From: an uncultured Nitrososphaerales archaeon
Lineage (GTDB): Archaea; Thermoproteota; Nitrososphaeria; Nitrososphaerales; Nitrososphaeraceae
Direction: 5' to 3'
Length of the DNA stretch: 64,000 nt
Assembly: GCA_963841565.1 (NCBI GenBank)
Contig: CAWJCY010000012.1
Location: 96,001 to 160,000 of the forward strand
Below, in pieces: positions 57,990 to 64,000 of this stretch. The position numbers were made by a program, and so were the translations under genes. Positions within the stretch are counted from its first letter, which is position 1. Every line of letters begins with the position of its first letter. The notes under the pieces are model-generated. The model was not told the origin of the DNA. It saw only the letters and a program-made list of their open reading frames with translations, and did no database searches.

Positions 57990-58682
57990 ATGTATGTTCT
58001 AAAATCCTGTTTTCGACATATTATTGCACTTCTTGTACTTAGCACATTAATCTTCGCCCTTGTTCCCATAGTAGATACTGATAGTGACTTGACTTTCAAC
58101 GTTTTAGCACAAATAGGTGATGGAACTAATCCTAGACCCCCAAATATGGCAAACGATCCAGAGGAATTGCTAGAGTCCATGGGATCCCCAGGCAATTTGA
58201 TGGATTCCGTTCTTGATGAGGTAAGAAACACCAATACCTCTGAAACAACTGTCGATCATAGTGAGGCAGATTCATATTCGCAAGGGGAGAATATAATACT
58301 ATCACATCAAATAATACCGGCAAAGGATTTCATTCACCTTTATGACACCTATCCGTTTGCTATAGCAGAAGGATTTATTTCTGCTAAACTTCCTTGTGAG
58401 TCTAATAACAGTACCCATCTAAAAGTGATGATAGGTCAAATACCAAAATTACAGCCTGCCAACTTGAGTATAGAGACAGATCTATCCAGGCCTGGATACA
58501 TGTGTCTTTACGACTTTGAAATCCAACAAAATTCCACAAGTAATAGAAATACGTCGGCGATCACAGACATCGTACTATTTAATACTAGTGATGAAAGAAC
58601 TGTTCTGCCTAACACAAGCACATTTGTTATAGGAGTTACCAAACTGTATCCTCTCCAAAATGTAACTATCCCAGGGGCATAA
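57990..58682 (+). CDS. Secreted or surface hypothetical protein
   Basis: Signal-like N-terminus, NxS/T sites, DFIHLYD...AKLPC...GYMCLY. Confidence 0.8.
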   Translation: MYVLKSCFRHIIALLVLSTLIFALVPIVDTDSDLTFNVLAQIGDGTNPRPPNMANDPEELLESMGSPGNLMDSVLDEVRNTNTSETTVDHSEADSYSQGENIILSHQIIPAKDFIHLYDTYPFAIAEGFISAKLPCESNNSTHLKVMIGQIPKLQPANLSIETDLSRPGYMCLYDFEIQQNSTSNRNTSAITDIVLFNTSDERTVLPNTSTFVIGVTKLYPLQNVTIPGA

Positions 58683-58769
58683 GGAAGAGCAATTTAAACC
58701 AGTTAAAGAGCTCGCGAGAACACAGGCCTATCTCAAACTTAATAAGAGTTCCTAATTATAGACTTTTAA

Positions 58770-59834
58770 ATGCGTCGTAAAGGATTGTCATACGCTGAGT
58801 CTGGTGTAAATATCAAGGAGATAGATCTTGTACACCAACTGATAGGTCGCCTTATACAACGAACTCACAGGAATACCAATATGGGACGAGTATTGTCCGG
58901 TTTTGGTCATTATGCCGGTTTGGTCGATATTGGATCATGTATATTGGCCCTTCATTGCGACGGCGTAGGCACAAAATTATTAATTGCCCAGGCGATGAAT
59001 GATTTCAACACAGTTGGTATAGATTGTGTAGCTATGAACGTAAATGACCTTATCTGCGTGGGAAGTACCCCTTTTGCATTCGTGGACTATATTGCTACGT
59101 CGAGACCAGATCCCGATGCACTCAGTACAATCGCCGACAGCCTCGTAAAGGGGGCAGAAGAAGCCGGGGTTGCAATTATAGGCGGTGAAACTGCAGTAGT
59201 ACCGGGATTGCTATCAAATGGTCATAATAAGAATTCTATCGAACTCTCTGGAACTGCAATGGGGTTTGTCAAAAAGAGATCGGAACTTGTTTTAGGAAAT
59301 AGGATTAAGAAAGGAGATATCATATTGGGAGTGGAAAGCAGTGGCCTACATTCCAATGGCTTCACTTTAGTGAGAAGAGCTTTATCAAAACATGATCTTC
59401 ATAAAAACGTAGGAAATTTAGAAAGATCATTGGGCAATGAACTGCTCACGCCAACGCGAATTTACGTTAGACCGATGATCGACTTGTTTAGTTCTGGAGT
59501 TGAGGTCCATGGCATAGCACACATAACAGGCGGTTCCTTTACGAAGCTACGTAGAATCAACAATAATGTTAACTATCGGTTAAACAGTATGCCAGATCCC
59601 CCTGAAATTTTCAAATTGGTACAGGTTAAAGGGAAGATTGGATTCGCTGAAATGTATAGGACTTTTAATATGGGAATCGGCTTGTGCGTAATCGCACCTC
59701 GCGCTTCCGCTGAAGCCATAGTCTCGAAGTTCGAAAAATATCGGATGATAACTTCCAAAGTCGGGTCAGTAGAGAAGCCAGGTACTGGAGAAGTTTCCTG
59801 TGAAGTTCGTAACAAAGATACCAGACTTCGATGA
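58770..59834 (+). CDS. purM: Phosphoribosylformylglycinamidine cyclo-ligase
   Basis: DGVGTK, AMNVND, GGETA, SSGLHSNG, HITGG, FNMGIG. Confidence 0.96.
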   Translation: MRRKGLSYAESGVNIKEIDLVHQLIGRLIQRTHRNTNMGRVLSGFGHYAGLVDIGSCILALHCDGVGTKLLIAQAMNDFNTVGIDCVAMNVNDLICVGSTPFAFVDYIATSRPDPDALSTIADSLVKGAEEAGVAIIGGETAVVPGLLSNGHNKNSIELSGTAMGFVKKRSELVLGNRIKKGDIILGVESSGLHSNGFTLVRRALSKHDLHKNVGNLERSLGNELLTPTRIYVRPMIDLFSSGVEVHGIAHITGGSFTKLRRINNNVNYRLNSMPDPPEIFKLVQVKGKIGFAEMYRTFNMGIGLCVIAPRASAEAIVSKFEKYRMITSKVGSVEKPGTGEVSCEVRNKDTRLR

Positions 59835-59940
59835 AATTGAGAAAACTTCGACCTCTTACCTTCGCAGGCCAAAATTGAGCAAAATCTCAACTGGAACAAC
59901 AATTAATATTCCTATAGTCGAATAGTTTGTTGCACCAGAT

Positions 59941-61596
59941 ATGACCGGGTCGAATTTAGTCGAAATCTCAGGAACAGAAGATCCACTTCAATATGACCTT
60001 GCTTGCAAGGAAATCGCAAGAAGAATAAGCAAGGTGGACGAGTCCAGATTGCCCATTGCATCAAATATTTTGAGACAAGTTTCGTCGGAGTTCCATCTGA
60101 AGCACCTCCCTCGTCGCCACGATTTTATGAAGTATTTGCCAGAGAACTGTTCCTGGAGGAACTTGTTAAAGATAAGACCGGTAAAAACAGCCTCAGGTGT
60201 TACTGTCGTAACGGTAATGGCCACACCCTTCCCATGTCCTCAAGGGAGGTGTATTTATTGTCCAGGTGGGGTTGAGTTCAATACTCCTTTGAGTTATGTA
60301 GGGTCGGAACCTGCCACGAAAATAGCTCAAGCTCTTGAATACGATCCCTTTGAACAGATAACCACTAAGTTGAATACGCTTGAGATAAATGGTCATGATA
60401 CGGGCAAGATAGAACTAATCATAATAGGCGGGACTTTTCCTTTTATGACGGAAAAGTATCAGCATGATTTTGCAAAGGGTTGTTATGATGCACTCAATTG
60501 TGATATGAAGATAGGACCATCAGCCACCCTTCAAGAGGCCATGAGCGTCAACGAAAAATCAAATCACAAATGTGTCGGACTAACAATCGAGACAAAACCT
60601 GATTACTGCAAGCGAAGCCATATCGAAATGATGCTAAGTCTGGGGGTAACAAGAGTTGAAATCGGCGTTCAATCGCTTCGAAATGAAGTTTTCAGGCTAA
60701 CTAACCGAGGGCATAACTTAGATGACGTAATAGAATCATTCAAGATTGCAAGAAATGCTGGATTTAAAATAGTTGCACATATGATGCCAGGTCTACCCGG
60801 TTCATCTCCTAAAAAAGACCTAGAAGACTTAGAACAGCTTCTCTACGACCCTCGCTACAAACCGGACATGCTAAAAATATACCCTACGCTAGTATTAAAA
60901 AATACAGGATTACACAAGATGTATTGTAGTGGACGGTTTACTCCATGCACTGACGAAGAGATGGTAAAAATACTTGTTGAATTGAAAAAGAAAATTCCTC
61001 CTTGGATCCGGGTTATGAGGATACAAAGGGAGATAGAAACAAATGATATAATAGCTGGTCCAAAAGAAGGTAACCTTAGACAAATAGCCTTAGAAAGATT
61101 GTACTCAGAAGGGCATACATGTAAATGCATCAGATGCAGAGAGATAGGATTAAGATCGAAAGGCGGTTTTGATCAACAATCCTTTAGGTTAGTTAGATTG
61201 GATTATGAGGCAGCAGGAGGGCAAGAAATTTTCTTGTCTTACGAAACAGACGATGGATTAGCGTTATTGGGCTTTCTAAGATTGAGAAAAGTTACCGGAT
61301 CCATTGAATCTGAGCTTAATTCGTATGAGTGCCACGATAACCGCACTCAAGTTGTAGCTGTTGTAAGAGAGCTTCACGTCTATGGCCAGACGCTTAGTGT
61401 CGGAAGAAAAGCAAACAATCTGTCTTGGCAGCATAGAGGTCTAGGCCGATTGCTTATGGCCGAGGCAGAGCAAATAGCTAAATGCGAGTTTGGCGTGGAC
61501 GCCTTATCAGTGATTAGTGCTGTAGGAACAAGAAAATACTATGAAAAACTGGGTTATAGTCGAGATGGGTATTATGTTACCAAATCACTAAAGTGA
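59941..61596 (+). CDS. elp3: tRNA uridine(34) acetyltransferase Elp3
   Basis: CPQGRCIYCPGG radical-SAM motif; RELHVYG, QHRGLG GNAT domain. Confidence 0.95.
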   Translation: MTGSNLVEISGTEDPLQYDLACKEIARRISKVDESRLPIASNILRQVSSEFHLKHLPRRHDFMKYLPENCSWRNLLKIRPVKTASGVTVVTVMATPFPCPQGRCIYCPGGVEFNTPLSYVGSEPATKIAQALEYDPFEQITTKLNTLEINGHDTGKIELIIIGGTFPFMTEKYQHDFAKGCYDALNCDMKIGPSATLQEAMSVNEKSNHKCVGLTIETKPDYCKRSHIEMMLSLGVTRVEIGVQSLRNEVFRLTNRGHNLDDVIESFKIARNAGFKIVAHMMPGLPGSSPKKDLEDLEQLLYDPRYKPDMLKIYPTLVLKNTGLHKMYCSGRFTPCTDEEMVKILVELKKKIPPWIRVMRIQREIETNDIIAGPKEGNLRQIALERLYSEGHTCKCIRCREIGLRSKGGFDQQSFRLVRLDYEAAGGQEIFLSYETDDGLALLGFLRLRKVTGSIESELNSYECHDNRTQVVAVVRELHVYGQTLSVGRKANNLSWQHRGLGRLLMAEAEQIAKCEFGVDALSVISAVGTRKYYEKLGYSRDGYYVTKSLK

Positions 61597-63248
61597 ATTT
61601 TTTGAATTCAGACGCATTCATAGGGAAAGGTACCTGGCTTGACAAGGTTGCATACGAGTTAATTGAGAGAGAAAAAAGGTTAAACAGGACCCTTTCTAGA
61701 ATTAGAGTAGAGAGTGGCCTCGGAGCATCAGGAATTCCCCATTTGGGAAGTTTAGGGGATGCCGTAAGGGCGTACGGCATCGCGGTTGCATTGAAAAATA
61801 TGGGTTACGACGCGCAGCTCCTGGCTTATTCGGATGATATGGATGGGCTTCGTAAAGTCCCTTCGGGTTTGTCGAAGGATTTGACCTCATACATAGCTAA
61901 GCCAGTTTCAAGCATCCCTGATCCGTTTGGATCTTGTCACTCATCATATGGTGCGCATATGACTGGGCTCTTGCTTGACTCCTTGGATCGGCTTGGTATA
62001 AAGTATACCCATATTAGCGGCAAGTCGACTTACAAACGCGGGCTCCTCGTGAATCAGATCGACTTGATTCTCAAGAATCATGAAAGGATCGGAAAAAGTA
62101 TCTCCCAAATTGTTGGACAAGAGAAGTACGTGCGATCCCTTCCTTACTTTCCTATCTGTGATAAATGTGGTAGAGTATATGTCGCATCTCCGAAAGAGTA
62201 TTTCTCTGACAAACATTTGATAGAATACAAATGTGAGGGGACTAGAATAGGAGATGTACACATAGAAGGATGCGGTTACCATGGTGAAACACGCCTGGAA
62301 GACGGAAAAGGAAAGCTACCTTGGAAAGTGGAATTCGCCGCTCGATGGCAGGCCTTTGACATCAGGTTTGAGGCATATGGGAAGGATATTTTGGATTCGG
62401 TGAGAATAAATGATTGGATATCAGATGAGATTTTACAGTTTGCGCACCCCACGCATATTAAGTATGAAATGTTCCTAGATAAACAGGGAAAAAAAATTAG
62501 CAAATCGTCGGGAAACGTTTTGACACCTCAAACATGGTTAAGATACGGTACTCCAGAATCGCTTCTTCTATTATTGTACAAACGCATTTCCGGTACTCGA
62601 CATGTAGGCATAGATGATGTTCCAAATTTGATGGACGAATACGATTTCCTAGAAGATGTTTTCTTTGGTGACGTAAACGAAGAGAATATTGCTAAGCGTA
62701 CAAAATTAAGAGGGATTTATGAATACATTCACCAACTGAAGCCTCCGTCCATCCCTTCCATGCACGTTCCTTATAGAATATTAGCACAACAGGCACTTTT
62801 GTTCAGAGAAGATGAAAAATTGGTGAACAAAGTATATGATCGATTGGTAAAGTACCGGTTGGTAAAGAATAAGAGCGAGTCGCTGATTATGAAGATACAA
62901 CTGGCATCGAACTGGGCAAATGACTATCTTTTAACAACGCTTGTGAGTGCAAACGTAAATGTTTCTAGGACAGAACAGGAGGCACTGCTTGAACTGATAC
63001 ACTATCTAAAGAATTTGAAAGTTATAGATGAAAAGGGCGAACTTGCCATTGCTATTCAATCAGAGATATTCTCGATCGCGCAAAAGAAGGGGCTCCAACC
63101 AAAAGGATTTTTCAAAGTGCTCTATAAAATATTAATTAATGCAGAGAAAGGGCCACGGCTGGGAAATTACATAGCAGACATGGGGATAAAGTGGGCCTAT
63201 GAACAGCTTGATAACTTTCTCACTAGATCACCGCAAGAAACCAAATGA
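61593..63248 (+). CDS. lysS: Lysyl-tRNA synthetase, class I
   Basis: ASGIPHLG, DDMDGLRKVP, GKLPWK, KISKS, GPRL. Confidence 0.96.
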   Translation: MNFLNSDAFIGKGTWLDKVAYELIEREKRLNRTLSRIRVESGLGASGIPHLGSLGDAVRAYGIAVALKNMGYDAQLLAYSDDMDGLRKVPSGLSKDLTSYIAKPVSSIPDPFGSCHSSYGAHMTGLLLDSLDRLGIKYTHISGKSTYKRGLLVNQIDLILKNHERIGKSISQIVGQEKYVRSLPYFPICDKCGRVYVASPKEYFSDKHLIEYKCEGTRIGDVHIEGCGYHGETRLEDGKGKLPWKVEFAARWQAFDIRFEAYGKDILDSVRINDWISDEILQFAHPTHIKYEMFLDKQGKKISKSSGNVLTPQTWLRYGTPESLLLLLYKRISGTRHVGIDDVPNLMDEYDFLEDVFFGDVNEENIAKRTKLRGIYEYIHQLKPPSIPSMHVPYRILAQQALLFREDEKLVNKVYDRLVKYRLVKNKSESLIMKIQLASNWANDYLLTTLVSANVNVSRTEQEALLELIHYLKNLKVIDEKGELAIAIQSEIFSIAQKKGLQPKGFFKVLYKILINAEKGPRLGNYIADMGIKWAYEQLDNFLTRSPQETK

Positions 63249-63844
63249 GGCAAGAACAGCAGCATTTGAAAAATTATAAAACACGGCAAGAAGGATCCGA
63301 TATGCAGATGTCTCAATGTACCCACTGATTGAACTACTCGAAGTATAGGATACCATATTCTGATCCTTGCCAAGCACCTGTTTCTAAATTACCTCCATTA
63401 GATTGGAACATCCAAATCTAAAGCGATCGCCTGTTATGTATAATAAAACCTTTGAATTTCCTGTTTACTTAGGCCAGTCAAGATTTTAACCCAATTTCAG
63501 TCTCTCACAGAGCCCGGCAATTTCAAATTTTATTTATGTTTTAGTTATTTGGACGGAGGCTATATTAGCTTCTGTACTGACAAAAATATTGTCGTTGCTA
63601 TTCTGAACGTGCATAGAAGGGTTTTTCCAAAAAAATTCGTCCAGCAGATAAAATTGTTATGATTGGCATATAAACGACTTTTGAAATACCAAAAATCTTT
63701 AGATTTTGGAATTTTACTTAATATAGAACTAGAAAGTCAGTACACTTGCGGCAAACTTTGTTGCCAATTCCGAATGACGTTAACCGCCCAGGGAACAAAT
63801 AATTTGGCCCTCCTTGGTTTAGAATAATTATTTATCAAGGGCCT

Positions 63845-64000
63845 CTACAAGATACCTGACTCACGTAGTTTTTGAGGAAGATATGTTTCAGCCAAATATC
63901 TGAAACCATGCTTAAAGAAAGCATCAAGTTCACATTTTTCCTTATTCTTGAGAAAGAGATTCAATTCTTTTTGCCATTTCTTGTCCTTTAGCCATTGTTT
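63845..64000 (-). CDS. Possible 3' end of hypothetical protein running off the window
   Basis: ...CELDAFFKHGFRYLAETYLPQKLRESGIL*; reading frame upstream ambiguous. Confidence 0.35.
   Translation of the reverse strand, partial: KQWLKDKKWQKELNLFLKNKEKCELDAFFKHGFRYLAETYLPQKLRESGIL

Overview
Chromosomal fragment of an ammonia-oxidising archaeon (Nitrososphaerota, probably Nitrososphaeraceae), judged from the fused RpoA'/A'', acetyl/propionyl-CoA carboxylase of the 3HP/4HB cycle, class I LysRS and gene order. About 16-63 kb is mostly core genome: the rpl18-rps5-rpl30-rpl15-secY-adk-EMC3-cmk block, larB/mdh/larC/larE/iscS, acc/pcc, rpoH-B-A-rpl30e-nusA-rps12-rps7, TBP, folE/queC, trmI, pckA, lysC, purM, elp3 and lysS. 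About 1-15 kb is gene-sparse and accessory. It ends in a 1.6 kb decayed integrative element at tRNA-Lys(CTT), bounded by a 20-bp att repeat and holding a pseudo-integrase joined to a DUF262/HNH fragment. Several features are absent from the ORF track: a tRNA-Gln(CTG) with three BHB-type introns, a tRNA-Lys with a 42/43 intron, a 35-aa Lys-rich microprotein, a C2H2 microprotein and a frameshifted tatA. Candidate under-described systems are a divergent isoprenoid-synthase-like protein, a START-RHH fusion regulator, and a nickel-pincer cofactor pathway whose only visible LarA-like client appears to lack the catalytic histidines. At least seven conserved genes carry single-base insertions that are most likely sequencing errors. 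All family assignments come from reading motifs by eye; no database search was run.
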